Shown: positions 49,650 to 61,488, counted from the first letter of the stretch. The stretch is 64,000 nt of DNA from Candidatus Aenigmatarchaeota archaeon (GCA_043808015.1 JAZDFI010000008.1:1-64000); one strand, 5' to 3'. Program-made: numbers and translations. Notes: a model not told the origin generated them from the letters alone.

Positions 49650-50777
49650 ATGATCGACTTTGCGCTAAAGGACCTGAAGGGTCACAGGGTTAGAACAATT
49701 CTCACCGGACTAGGCATACTCATAGCCATAACGGCAATCGTTTCTCTTGGTTCCATATCGGCCGGCATAAACGAGATGGTCACATCGACCACGAGCAAAG
49801 TTGGTTCCGATACGATTTTCATCATGAAAACTTTTGATATGTCATCGATGTCCGGCCCGCCCACGTCTTGGCAGATAAGCGACATAAGCCAGGAGGACGT
49901 CGAAGCCATAAAATCCATTTCCGGCATCAAGCGCGCGGTCCCTGTTCTTTCAAAGAGCATGGGCGGCATCATGGAAGTCGACGCTATCGACATAGACAAC
50001 CTCGACATTTTCGGCGCTGACGACCTCACGTTCAAGGAAGGCTCGATGCCCGGGAACGATGATCAGGGAGCGGCGCTAGGATACACCGCTGCCAAAATTC
50101 TCGGCGTGAGCTCCGGCGACTACATAACGCTGAACAAAAAAGAAGTCGAAGTGATGGGCGTCGTCGAGGAAGGATACGGGTCTTATGACCTTGTCATACT
50201 TCTGCCTTACAAATACGGCGAGGAGATTTACGACGCAGAGGGCGAAGCCACGCAAGTCATGGTGGAGCCGCAGGACGTCTCTCTTGTCGATGAAATAAAA
50301 AATACAGTCAAGGATGAATTCGATGGGCTTGACGCCATGACCATGGAGGACGCGCTCTCCATGTCGAAACAGATGACCCAGACGCTCGACATCATGACAC
50401 TGGGCATAGGTTTCATCGCATCGCTCGTCGCTGCAATAGGCATCATAATAACGATGTATACGTCCGTTCTCGAGCGACGAAGGCAACTGGGCATAATGAA
50501 AGCCGTAGGCGCGCTGAGAAGAACGATAATGAAGCAGATACTCGAAGAAGCGCTTTTGATTTCGCTGGTAAGCAGCATGATCGGCCTCGGCATATCTTTC
50601 GTTTTCGTGGACCTGATAAACAACGTCCTGCTCGGCGGGACGAAAATAGCGACCATAACGCCGCTCCTTGGCATAGGGGCGGTCGCGTATGGCGTGATGA
50701 TTACAATCATATCCAGTCTGTATCCGGCATGGGTGGCGGTTAAAATCGACCCCATAGAGGCGATAAGAAAGGGTTAG
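49650..50777 (+). CDS. ABC transporter permease (MacB/FtsX family)
   Basis: RT.LT.LGI.I, ERRR..G.MKA.GA, P.EA.R. Confidence 0.92.
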   Translation: MIDFALKDLKGHRVRTILTGLGILIAITAIVSLGSISAGINEMVTSTTSKVGSDTIFIMKTFDMSSMSGPPTSWQISDISQEDVEAIKSISGIKRAVPVLSKSMGGIMEVDAIDIDNLDIFGADDLTFKEGSMPGNDDQGAALGYTAAKILGVSSGDYITLNKKEVEVMGVVEEGYGSYDLVILLPYKYGEEIYDAEGEATQVMVEPQDVSLVDEIKNTVKDEFDGLDAMTMEDALSMSKQMTQTLDIMTLGIGFIASLVAAIGIIITMYTSVLERRRQLGIMKAVGALRRTIMKQILEEALLISLVSSMIGLGISFVFVDLINNVLLGGTKIATITPLLGIGAVAYGVMITIISSLYPAWVAVKIDPIEAIRKG

Positions 50778-50778
50778 C

Positions 50779-51885
50779 ATGCTTTGGGAAAATATTTTAA
50801 GGGAATTCGGAAGGCATAAGTTCAGGACAGCGCTAACGATACTCGGCGTTATGATAGGCATATTCCTCGTAACCAGCGTTTCCTCATTTTCCGAGGGGAT
50901 AATCTACTACGTCAACGACCAGATAAAAGTGACGTCCGGCCTTATCACAGTCCACCAGAGCGACATCGCCGGTTTCAACATACAGGCCAGCGAGATAGAC
51001 CAGGCCCTCGTGAGCGACGTGGAAGGCATATCCGGCGTGGAAAAGGTCGCGCCCATACTTTACGCTAACATAGACGGCGTCGGCACCGCGATAGGCATAT
51101 CAAAAGAAGGAGAAAACATACTGCGCGGCGTTAACATGGAGATAGAAGAAGGACGGGATTTCAGCGAGGGACAAAAAGAAGTTGTTGCAGGAAAGACGTT
51201 CGCGGACAACAGCAATTACGTGGTCGGCGACCTGATCAAAATTGAAAACACGGAATTCGAGATAGTAGGCATACTGCAGAAGACGGGCAGGAGCGACATC
51301 GACAACGCGATAAATCTTGACCTGGCCGAGCTGCAGGACGCCACCGGTAAAAAAGACATGATAACCCTGATGATGATACAACCGTCGACACCCGAAGACG
51401 CGGATTACATAGAGCAGGCGGTCAACGACAATTTCGACGAGATAGAGGCGATGACGGACAAGAGCATAATGAATTCGGTCAATGACATGCTGGGTCAGCT
51501 CAACGCGCTCACGTTCGCGCTAGGCAGCATAGCCGCTCTCATTTCCGGCATAGTGATAATGAACGTGATGATAATCGCCGTGCGCGAGAGACGCAGGGAG
51601 ATAGGAACGATGAAAGCGATAGGAGCGACCAACCGCCAGGTGTTACTATCGATTCTTTTGGAATCGATAACCATAAGCCTCATCGGAGCGGTGATAGGCG
51701 TGGCCTTGAGTTTCGGAGGAGCGGCTTTCATCAACAGCATATTGTTCAGTCCCATCGCCCTCATAACGCCGCGCCTCATGCTACAGAGCATTCTATTCGC
51801 GACTTTCATAGGCGCTGTTTCGGGCATCGTTCCCGCAAGACAGGCCGCAAAACTCAATCCCATAGAATCGCTGAGATACGAATGA
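50779..51885 (+). CDS. ABC transporter permease (MacB/FtsX family)
   Basis: RT.LT.LGV.IG, ERRREIG.MKAIGA, PA..AA.LNPIE.LRYE. Confidence 0.93.
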   Translation: MLWENILREFGRHKFRTALTILGVMIGIFLVTSVSSFSEGIIYYVNDQIKVTSGLITVHQSDIAGFNIQASEIDQALVSDVEGISGVEKVAPILYANIDGVGTAIGISKEGENILRGVNMEIEEGRDFSEGQKEVVAGKTFADNSNYVVGDLIKIENTEFEIVGILQKTGRSDIDNAINLDLAELQDATGKKDMITLMMIQPSTPEDADYIEQAVNDNFDEIEAMTDKSIMNSVNDMLGQLNALTFALGSIAALISGIVIMNVMIIAVRERRREIGTMKAIGATNRQVLLSILLESITISLIGAVIGVALSFGGAAFINSILFSPIALITPRLMLQSILFATFIGAVSGIVPARQAAKLNPIESLRYE

Positions 51886-51889
51886 ATTT

Positions 51890-52657
51890 TTAGTGGCCTT
51901 CGAAAACAATTTTCATAACAAGTATTACAGCTATTCCCATTATCAGCATCGCAACCTGGATGAACGACTTCTTTTTGTCGCTGCTGCTACGATGAAGCTC
52001 CGGTATCAGGTCCGAAGCGGCGATGTATATGAAACCTCCGGCCGCGAAAGGCACGAGAAAAATCGCTAGGTTATCAGCGAAGTAGCTTGCAATTATAGCC
52101 ACCGCGGCTCCTGCGACCGCTGTCAGCGCGGTCATGAAGTTCATCATCAGCGCCTTTTTGCGCTTGAAACCGCCGTGCATGAGCACGCCGAAGTCGCCTA
52201 TCTCCTGAGGTATTTCATGGAGTATTACGGCGAACGTTGTAGTGATGCCCAGCGGCACGGAGACGAGATAGCTGGCGCCTATTATCAGACCGTCTATGAA
52301 GTTGTGCACGCTGTCGCCTACCAGATTCATGTAAGCGAACGGGTGAGGATGGGATTCGCTGGTCGGCACGTGGCAGTGGCGCCAGTGCACGAATTTTTCG
52401 ACCACGAAAAAGATAATCATGCCCGACAATAACGATATCGATATCTCAAGGCCGAAACCCGACGCTTCGACGGCTTCCGGTAGCAGGTGTATGAAAGCGC
52501 CGCCCAGCAATCCGCCTGCCGAGAATCCCACGAGATAAAGCAGTATTTTTGACAGTTTCTCTTCCTTTATGGAAATCGTTATTACGCCTATTAGCGAAAT
52601 GGCGCTGACAATCAGAACACTCGCGATTGCGTAGAACCAGGTTTCCAGCAAAACCAT
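51890..52657 (-). CDS. ZIP family zinc/metal transporter
   Basis: HLLPE, HW.H.H, HNFIDG, HEIPQE.GDF. Confidence 0.94.
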   Translation of the reverse strand: MVLLETWFYAIASVLIVSAISLIGVITISIKEEKLSKILLYLVGFSAGGLLGGAFIHLLPEAVEASGFGLEISISLLSGMIIFFVVEKFVHWRHCHVPTSESHPHPFAYMNLVGDSVHNFIDGLIIGASYLVSVPLGITTTFAVILHEIPQEIGDFGVLMHGGFKRKKALMMNFMTALTAVAGAAVAIIASYFADNLAIFLVPFAAGGFIYIAASDLIPELHRSSSDKKKSFIQVAMLIMGIAVILVMKIVFEGH

Positions 52658-52709
52658 GCAAACTATTATTATTTTCTTCTATAAAAGCGCGCTCGAATTT
52701 AATATCTAT

Positions 52710-54023
52710 ATGGCCAATAAAGTTGTCCATCACGATGCACATCCAGCACTCAAACGCGAGATAACGCTGTGGCAGGCGACCCTTACGGGCATAGGCCTTA
52801 TCCTTGGCGCAGGCATTTACGCGCTGATTGGAAAGGCGTCAGCTATCGCTGGTAACGGCGTGTGGCTTTCATTCGCACTGTCTGCGCTGGTGGCGATATT
52901 TACGGGCCTGAGCTACGCTGAGCTCAGTTCGATATTTCCCAAGGCCGGCGCAGAGTATGTTTACAGCAAACACGCGTTCGGCAGGAAGCTCGCCTTCATA
53001 ATCGGCTGGCTGGTAATAATATCCGGGTTCGTGTTTTCAGCGACGGTTGCGTTCGGCTTCGCCGGCTATTTCGAAAAGCTTTTCGGCGCGCCTTACATGC
53101 TGACAGCAGTAGTGCTCATTTTGCTGCTATCCTTCCTGGTTTTCTATGGCATCAAGGAATCGGTCTGGTTCGGGGTGATAGCGACATTGATCGAGATGGT
53201 AGGCCTTATCATAGTAATCATACTCGGCATTCCCTACCTAGGCCGGGTGGATTATTTTGATTTTCCAAGTCTTACGGGCGTCTTCACAGCGGCAGCTCTC
53301 GTGTTTTTTGCGTATGTGGGATTCGAACAGATATCCCGTTTGTCCGAGGAGACGAAGAATCCGAGGGTCAACATCCATCGCGCGACTCTGTTGGCCATCG
53401 CAGTAACGACAATACTTTACATACTCGTCGCTGTCGCTGCTGTATCGATACTCGACTGGAACGTCTTAGGCGCTTCGAATGCCCCGATTGCGGACATCGC
53501 TTCAAAAATACTCGGGCCGCAGGGCTTCGTCGTTCTCTCGATAATCGCGCTGTTCGCGACTGCGAATACCGTCCTCTTCATGATGGTGGCGACCGCGCGC
53601 ATGATTTATGGCGTAGGCAAATCGTTCTCGCACGAAAGCATATTGGCGCGCGTGCACTCGAAGACCCGCACGCCCTGGGTGGCGACAATAATAACTGCCG
53701 TATTTTCGGTCGTCGCGCTCGGCTTCGGAAAGATAGACGTAGTCGCGAACATGACGGACTTCCTGATATTCGTCGTGTTCATCGTCATAAACGCCGCGGC
53801 GATAAAGCTGCGCTACACCAGCGAGCGCGAAGCGCATCATTTCAAGATGCCACTCAATATAGGACGCTTCCCGATTATACCCGTATTCGGCATAGTGTCA
53901 TGCATCGCACTGATGGCCCACGTGAATTTAGACATAGTGGTTTATTCCGTTATTACGATCGCGATAGGCTTCGCGATAGCCGAAATCCTGGAGAGAAAAG
54001 GCATAAAGGCAAAATTCGAATAA
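52710..54023 (+). CDS. APC family amino acid permease
   Basis: G.I.GAGIY, SYAEL....P.AG.EY.Y, FFAY.GFE, EE..NP. Confidence 0.93.
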   Translation: MANKVVHHDAHPALKREITLWQATLTGIGLILGAGIYALIGKASAIAGNGVWLSFALSALVAIFTGLSYAELSSIFPKAGAEYVYSKHAFGRKLAFIIGWLVIISGFVFSATVAFGFAGYFEKLFGAPYMLTAVVLILLLSFLVFYGIKESVWFGVIATLIEMVGLIIVIILGIPYLGRVDYFDFPSLTGVFTAAALVFFAYVGFEQISRLSEETKNPRVNIHRATLLAIAVTTILYILVAVAAVSILDWNVLGASNAPIADIASKILGPQGFVVLSIIALFATANTVLFMMVATARMIYGVGKSFSHESILARVHSKTRTPWVATIITAVFSVVALGFGKIDVVANMTDFLIFVVFIVINAAAIKLRYTSEREAHHFKMPLNIGRFPIIPVFGIVSCIALMAHVNLDIVVYSVITIAIGFAIAEILERKGIKAKFE

Positions 54024-54054
54024 TTTTATCGCGTGTTTTTCTGAAAAAATTTTA

Positions 54055-54173
54055 AGCGGAGGGAGGGAGTTGAACCCCCTTATGCCGGTATCTGCTCAGG
54101 ATGACGCAGATTGCATCTGCGTCCGTCGCTTAGTCCGCTGCAGCCGGCCACATGGCCGTTTTGTTACCTCCGC
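54055..54173 (-). tRNA. tRNA-Cys(GCA) with canonical 37/38 intron (54090-54137)
   Basis: GCGGAGG/CCTCCGC acceptor stem, GCCGG-CTGCAG|A-CCGGC anticodon arm, TTCAACT T-loop, U73. Confidence 0.88.
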
Positions 54174-54308
54174 TTGTTTTCGGCTTTGTCTTGGTTATAA
54201 TGTGTAATAATTACATAGCATATAGATTATTAAAAATTACATTTTTCCCGTTTCCTTGGAAATGGAAGGATAATATATATTTATGTAAAATTTCCATCTT
54301 AATTTTGT

Positions 54309-54653
54309 ATGACAGACAATGATTCATATTTGTTGTCGCTGAAACACTCCTTATGGAATGTCCTTGCCGGAACGAGGGGCGGCGTGACCAGAATATGCAT
54401 ACTGAAACTGCTCAGGAAGAGGCCCTACAACATAAATCAGCTCCATGAAAAACTAAAGCTGGATTACAAAACAATTCAACATCACATAAGGGTTTTGACA
54501 AACAACAAAATAATCACGGTCGAGAACGAAAAAAAATACGGATCGATGTATTTCATCTCGCCATTTTTGGAGAAACATATGTATCTTTTTGATGAAATCT
54601 TGGGGAAAATTGGGAAAAGGGAGTTAAATAACAACGAAAATAGTATTGTATAA
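54309..54653 (+). CDS. ArsR-like winged helix-turn-helix regulator
   Basis: 'LW..LAGTRGG..R..I...L..RP.N..QL...L..DYKT..HH..VL', 'YG..Y'. Confidence 0.85.
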   Translation: MTDNDSYLLSLKHSLWNVLAGTRGGVTRICILKLLRKRPYNINQLHEKLKLDYKTIQHHIRVLTNNKIITVENEKKYGSMYFISPFLEKHMYLFDEILGKIGKRELNNNENSIV

Positions 54654-54662
54654 AGTGATTGG

Positions 54663-54950
54663 ATGAACTACGTGGCATTGTCGTCGCTGGTAATCGACAT
54701 ATTGAACATAGTAGTCGTTGGTATGCTTTTCTACGTTTATATCAAAAATTACAGGCTAATAAGGTCGAGATATAATTTGGGTCTGGTGGTTTTTTCCCTG
54801 ATTTTCCTTCTGCAAAACATAGTTATCACGCACTTGAGCTTTTTTGCGTGGCCGGCCAGCATCGGCGATGCGGTAATGCTTGACATAATAACAATAAACT
54901 TCATCGAGCTTGTCGGCATGGCGACTCTTCTTTACATAACTTGGAAGTAA
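54663..54950 (+). CDS. Small 3-TM membrane protein paired with the wHTH gene
   Basis: 'Y.KNY...S....GL..FS..FL.QN'; directly downstream of the wHTH gene. Confidence 0.7.
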   Translation: MNYVALSSLVIDILNIVVVGMLFYVYIKNYRLIRSRYNLGLVVFSLIFLLQNIVITHLSFFAWPASIGDAVMLDIITINFIELVGMATLLYITWK

Positions 54951-55190
54951 ACTGGAGTTTTGTGGGAATAAATTAGGAATACCGATATAAAGCGGTTTTG
55001 GCAAATAGAGTCTAGAAAAGCTATCAAGTAAAATCTTTTAAGAATAACATTAAATCCACGGTCTGGTCAAAGAGGTGCGGCATTAGCCCCCCGTGATGCA
55101 GGGTTAAAATTCGCGCCCTGATCAGAAGGCCATGGATGGTTTTACCTGAGTACGGTTTTTAAAAACAACTAAAGAGGGAGGAGTGTATAC

Positions 55191-55547
55191 ATGAAAGTCG
55201 TAAAGAAGGATGGAAGAGAGGAAAATTTCGACCATAACAAAATCAAAATAGGCATTGAAAAAGCGGCAGAGAGGGTTGGTGTCGAAAAGGAAAGAGCTAG
55301 ACTGATAGCAGAAAAATTGGCGAAGGATGTGGAAAACCATTTAAGAAGCACCGCTACTGAGAGCAATCTCACAAGCGTGAAAAGCAGTGATATAAGACAT
55401 AGGGTCATCGAGGCTCTCGAAAAAGAAGAAAAGACAATCGCCGATTCTTTGAGGGAGTACAAAAAAGAGCAGACCCACAAACAGAGCCAGGAGCAGATTC
55501 ACCACACAGAAACAAGAGCAGATCCACAAACAGAAACAAAATGTTAG
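55191..55547 (+). CDS. Stand-alone ATP-cone domain protein
   Basis: MKVVKKDGREENFD..KI...I.KA; 'S.DIR..V...L'; strong GGAGG Shine-Dalgarno. Confidence 0.85.
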   Translation: MKVVKKDGREENFDHNKIKIGIEKAAERVGVEKERARLIAEKLAKDVENHLRSTATESNLTSVKSSDIRHRVIEALEKEEKTIADSLREYKKEQTHKQSQEQIHHTETRADPQTETKC

Positions 55548-55811
55548 TGCTGATGACTCATGCCACAGCCTTTATTTATTTTTTTAACAATGGCACGTGA
55601 AGCAAAGCCGGACTGATGCGGAATGCTATCGAGAAAAATCAAAATATGAACTGTCAAACATGATGATCATCCCATGGTCAAATTCTTTTGAACTGTATTT
55701 TACCACTTTAGTTGACTAAAAAACAAATTTATTGAAAAGCTATTTAAGAGGGCGCCGGGTTAACTTAAAATATCCAGAACACTTCTTGTTTTGGCTATCG
55801 AGGGTTGTATC

Positions 55812-56246
55812 ATGGTAAAAACCACGGAAATAGTCGTCATCGATCTGATGAAACCGGCAAAGACTGTAATGAAGGATATGGATATACACAAGGCACTCCA
55901 CATGATGAGAACGGAGAACATCGATTTACTTTCCGTGGTTGACGACAAGCACACTCTGATAGGCGCGGTCAGCGAAGCGAACATGTTAAAACTGGTGAAG
56001 CAGGACCCGCCATCTCTGGGCGATCCGGTTTGGTACGACTCGCTTGAACATGACGCGGGCAATAAACCAATAGAGACGATAATGACGAGAGGCATAACCA
56101 CGATAGGCACGAATGACACGGCTGCCACCGCCCTCAAGGTCATGAGCGCGACCGGCTACAAACTTCTTCACGTTGTCGGCCCGGCAGGAAGGCTGCTTGG
56201 CATCATAAGGATGAAGGATATAATCGATAAGCTGCTCGGTGCTTGA
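55812..56246 (+). CDS. CBS domain protein
   Basis: Two CBS repeats (L.VVD....L.G.VS; GRLLGII). Confidence 0.85.
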   Translation: MVKTTEIVVIDLMKPAKTVMKDMDIHKALHMMRTENIDLLSVVDDKHTLIGAVSEANMLKLVKQDPPSLGDPVWYDSLEHDAGNKPIETIMTRGITTIGTNDTAATALKVMSATGYKLLHVVGPAGRLLGIIRMKDIIDKLLGA

Positions 56247-56247
56247 C

Positions 56248-57411
56248 ATGGAACCTCTACTTGATTTGGCGTTGCTGCTCTTCGGGGCAAAGCTCGGCGG
56301 AATACTTTTCAGCAAGCTCAAGCAGCCCAGCGTGATAGGCGAGCTGGTGGCGGGCATTATACTCGGACCGTCGTTGCTGGCACTGGTCAATCCTTCAGAC
56401 CTGGTCAAGGTCGTTTCTGATCTCGGCCTGCTGTTTATGATTTTGCTCGTAAGCCTCAGCATAGACTGGAAAATCCTCGAAGGACGCGCAGAACGCTTCA
56501 GCTGGATGGAACTTACGAGAGTCATACTTGTAATAATCGCGGTTTATGCGATAGGCACCGTACTGGGATGGAACATATACACCATGGTCGTGATGGGAAC
56601 TGTGATAGCGATAGCTAGTACAGCGATAGTCGCGCGCACTCTCACCGACATGAAACTTTTCAGCACGGCTGAAGGACAAACGCTGATAGGACTGGAAGTC
56701 ATTGACGAGGTCGTCGCCATAGTAAGCGTCGCGATAATAGCGAATGTCATGGGAGGCTCGGAGATAACGTTGTGGCCCATAATAACCACGATATTTCTCG
56801 TCGTGGGGTTGTTCGTCGTCATGAGCCGCGTTGGTTTCAAGTTCGTCACGAGGGTCACCAGCTCTATCCAGAAATACGGCATAGACGAGGCGTTGTTCGC
56901 TTTCACGTTGCTTTTCGCTTTCCTGCTTGGCAGCATCACTGAAGGCCTTAATCTGGCGTCCGTGCTTGGCGTATTCATCGCCGGCATGATACTCTGCAGA
57001 AGCGCGCAGCATCCGATAATAACGCGCAAGGTGAAGGAGATAGGCGAAAGCTTTTTCATACCGGTGTTTTTCGCGTCCGTCGGACTGTCAATAAACCTTT
57101 TTGCCGCATCCAGCCAGATAATCCCAATACTGATGATAATGGGCATCATCGTCGGAGTCAAGTTTGTCACGGCCATGGCGGCTTTCAAGCTGTTCCGCTA
57201 CAGCCTATCGGACGCGCTGAAGCTTTCGTCAGGCTTCGTCACGCTCTCCGAAATGACTGCGGTGATAGTCGCCGTCGCTATAGCGAAACTCGATCCGGTT
57301 TTCTACGTAGGGCTAATAGCGTCGTTCGTGCTGATTAATGCAGTATCGCCTCTCCTGATAAAATTCGCATTCGGTCGCAGGGCAAGCGCAAACAGAAGGG
57401 GATGGAGTTAA
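56248..57411 (+). CDS. Cation:proton antiporter (CPA2/NapA-like)
   Basis: QP.VIGEL.AGIILGPS, ST.IV...L.D, FFIP.FF.SVG. Confidence 0.9.
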   Translation: MEPLLDLALLLFGAKLGGILFSKLKQPSVIGELVAGIILGPSLLALVNPSDLVKVVSDLGLLFMILLVSLSIDWKILEGRAERFSWMELTRVILVIIAVYAIGTVLGWNIYTMVVMGTVIAIASTAIVARTLTDMKLFSTAEGQTLIGLEVIDEVVAIVSVAIIANVMGGSEITLWPIITTIFLVVGLFVVMSRVGFKFVTRVTSSIQKYGIDEALFAFTLLFAFLLGSITEGLNLASVLGVFIAGMILCRSAQHPIITRKVKEIGESFFIPVFFASVGLSINLFAASSQIIPILMIMGIIVGVKFVTAMAAFKLFRYSLSDALKLSSGFVTLSEMTAVIVAVAIAKLDPVFYVGLIASFVLINAVSPLLIKFAFGRRASANRRGWS

Positions 57412-57430
57412 TTAAAATTTTTAATGATTT

Positions 57431-58909
57431 TCAGTAAGCTTTGGCGAAAAGCGCGGTCGCTTTCGCTGGTTTTCCGCAGATGGCGCATGCGCCTGCGTGA
57501 GCGTCACCTTCGATGCAGCGGATTGTCGCCGTCGTTTTCTCCTTCGTCTTCTCTTCGCATTCCGCGTAGCCGCACCAGTGGGCGCGGACCATCTTCTTGT
57601 TCTGTATGAGTTTTTCAAGTTCTTCGAAGTTTCTCGCGTCCTTTATGTTCGCTGTCAAAAACTCCTTGGCCTTCCTGAAAAGATTTTCCTGTATGTGATC
57701 GAGCGTAGTCGCTGCCGCGTGCTCTACGTCGCATTCTCTGACCGGTTTCTTCTCAGCCGTGTCGCGCCGCACGAAGACGACCTGCCCGCTCTTTATGTCG
57801 CGGGGCCCGATTTCTATGCGAAGCGGCACGCCCTTCATCTCCCATTCGTTGAACTTCCAACCGGGAGAATATAAGTCGCGGTCGTCGAGCGTGACGCTGA
57901 ATTTATGCTCCAGCGCCTTTCTGATCTTTTCGCCTTCTTTAAGCACGCTCGCTTTCGTGTCGTTGTCGTAAATAGGTATTATGACTATCTGGGTCGGGGC
58001 GATCTTCGGCGGAAGGACGAGGCCCTTGTCGTCGCCGTGCGTCATTGTAAGCGCGCCTATCGTGCGCGTCGTCAGGCCCCATGACGTCTGCCAGACCAGG
58101 CGTTCTTTTCCCTTGTCGTCCATGAACTTGATGTCGAACACTTTTGCGAAATGCTGGCCGAGCTTGTGCGACGTCGCCATCTGCAGGCCGCGTCCGTCAG
58201 GCATCAGCGCCTCGAGCGCGATGGTGTAGTCCGCGCCTGCGAACGTTTCGCTCCTCGATTTCTTGCCCATTAAGACGGGAATTGCGAGCTGGGTTTCTAT
58301 TAGTTCTTTGTATTGACTCGCGCGGAGGGCGACTTCTTCTTCGCACTCCTTCTCGGTCGCGTGCGCGGTGTGGCCTTCCTGCCACAGGAATTCGCGTGTT
58401 CTCAGGAAAAGCCTGGTCGCCTTCACTTCCCAGCGGATTATGTTGCACCACTGGTTGATGCGAAGGGGAAGGTCACGCCAGGAGCGAATCCATTTCGCGT
58501 AAGAATCATACATTATAGTCTCGGATGTCGGGCGCAGCGCGTAGCGCTCTTCACCGTCGTCTTTCTTCTCAACCCAAGCGACTTCAGGCATGAAGCCTTC
58601 AAAATGCTCGGACTCCTTCTTCAGGAAGCGCTCGGGGATGAAGAGCGGGAAATACGCGTTCGATACGCCTGTCGCCTTTATCCTGTCGTCGAACCAGCGC
58701 TGTATCTTTTCCCATATGGCGAAGCCGTAAGGCCTTATGATCATGCAGCCGCTTATCGGAGCGTAATCCGCGAGGCCGGATTTCTGCACGAGCTGGTTAT
58801 ACCATTCGGAGAAATCGTCAGACTTCTTGATTTTCAGCCTGTCAGCTTCTTCTTTTGTGCCCTCTGGTTTCATGGCTTCGTGCTTTTGTCCGGCTTTTTT
58901 GTGCTCCAT
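57431..58909 (-). CDS. proS: Proline--tRNA ligase (archaeal/eukaryotic type)
   Basis: FSEWY, LRPTSE, FLRTREFLWQEGHT, SWG.TTR, GVPLRIE.GPRD, C-terminal FAKAY. Confidence 0.97.
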   Translation of the reverse strand: MEHKKAGQKHEAMKPEGTKEEADRLKIKKSDDFSEWYNQLVQKSGLADYAPISGCMIIRPYGFAIWEKIQRWFDDRIKATGVSNAYFPLFIPERFLKKESEHFEGFMPEVAWVEKKDDGEERYALRPTSETIMYDSYAKWIRSWRDLPLRINQWCNIIRWEVKATRLFLRTREFLWQEGHTAHATEKECEEEVALRASQYKELIETQLAIPVLMGKKSRSETFAGADYTIALEALMPDGRGLQMATSHKLGQHFAKVFDIKFMDDKGKERLVWQTSWGLTTRTIGALTMTHGDDKGLVLPPKIAPTQIVIIPIYDNDTKASVLKEGEKIRKALEHKFSVTLDDRDLYSPGWKFNEWEMKGVPLRIEIGPRDIKSGQVVFVRRDTAEKKPVRECDVEHAAATTLDHIQENLFRKAKEFLTANIKDARNFEELEKLIQNKKMVRAHWCGYAECEEKTKEKTTATIRCIEGDAHAGACAICGKPAKATALFAKAY

Positions 58910-59020
58910 ACATCCACCAATACGATGACAATTACTAAATTGTTAGCCTAAGTTATTAAATAATCATTCACGTTTGGGTAAATTGAACTGCAAATCACTG
59001 AAAACAAAGCTGGCGGGACG

Positions 59021-59449
59021 TTAGCGCTCTTCTTCGTACGGCCTGTAATGGGTCAGCTGCCTGCCGATTATGTATCTGATGTTCTTGGATACGATGTTGG
59101 TCGTTATCTTGCCGATTATCTTGCCGTCCCTGACGACTGCGAGTCTTCTTACCATTCTCTTGTCCATGATTTCGCTCGCCTTTGATACGTCTTCGTTGGC
59201 GTCGATTGTTATGACTGGCGAGTTCATTATGCGTTTTACCGTGACGTAAGCCGGGTCCTTGCCCGCGGCCACGACTTTTCTAAGAATGTCGCGTTCCGTC
59301 ACCACTCCAAGCGGCGTTCCGTTCTCGGACACGAGAGCCGAGCCGGTGGCGTGCTTTTCAAGCGTCTTGGCAAGCTCGGTTACTGTGGTTTCAGGGCTCA
59401 CTTTTACCCATTCCTTCATGACGTCTTTTACCTTCAAGGATGACACCAA
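59021..59449 (-). CDS. CBS domain protein
   Basis: LKVKDVM, G.VTERD, MNSP.ITI, RRL.V...GK..G; exact start uncertain. Confidence 0.85.
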   Translation of the reverse strand: MVSSLKVKDVMKEWVKVSPETTVTELAKTLEKHATGSALVSENGTPLGVVTERDILRKVVAAGKDPAYVTVKRIMNSPVITIDANEDVSKASEIMDKRMVRRLAVVRDGKIIGKITTNIVSKNIRYIIGRQLTHYRPYEEER

Positions 59450-59603
59450 AATATATTGGAACTGTAAATCTTTAAAAAGACCTCCCACATATAATATATG
59501 CTCATAGATGCCACAAACTCGGCGGCGCATAACCCTATGTGCCAATGCTGACAGGCATTTATGACGAAGATGTGAGCTTAATTACATTCAGAAAATTAAG
59601 TTT

Positions 59604-59645
59604 GAAGTAGGAGAACGTGAGAAAAGCAGCGAGATTTACAAGGAG
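59604..59645 (+). other. 5' arm of the 16S pre-rRNA processing stem (pairs with about 61259-61299)
   Basis: GAAGTAGGAGA..CGTGAGA..GCGAGAT is complementary to ATCTCGC..TCTCA.CG..TCTCCTACTTC with bulges. Confidence 0.7.
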
Positions 59646-59670
59646 TTTAAATAAATCCCGCCAATTTTTA

Positions 59671-61262
<1,592 letters not shown>

Positions 61263-61353
61263 TATATATATCTCGCGCTCTCAACGCGTCTCCTACTTCT
61301 TCACACAGTCTTCAGCGATTGGCGCATACTCGTATGCGTCTTTCGTCAGTATT

Positions 61354-61486
61354 GGGCCGATAGATCAGCGGTAATGCGCGGGCGCAAGCCTGCGGTCGCT
61401 TGAGATCGCTCGCTTTGCAAGCGAGAGGCCGTGGGTTCAAATACGCCTTCGGCACGCCGCAGGCGATGGGAATCCCACTCGGTCCA
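61354..61486 (+). tRNA. tRNA-Ala(TGC) with two non-canonical introns (D-loop 61373-61402; T-loop 61442-61472)
   Basis: Splices to GGGCCGATAGATCAGCGGTAGATCGCTCGCTTTGCAAGCGAGAGGCCGTGGGTTCAAATCCCACTCGGTCCA; BHB motifs at both junctions. Confidence 0.88.
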
Positions 61487-61488
61487 TA

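Noticed and set aside
58910-59020. Possible Pro-rich leader peptide upstream of proS, by analogy with thrS
   Set aside because: No uORF with Pro codons and no alternative hairpins seen.
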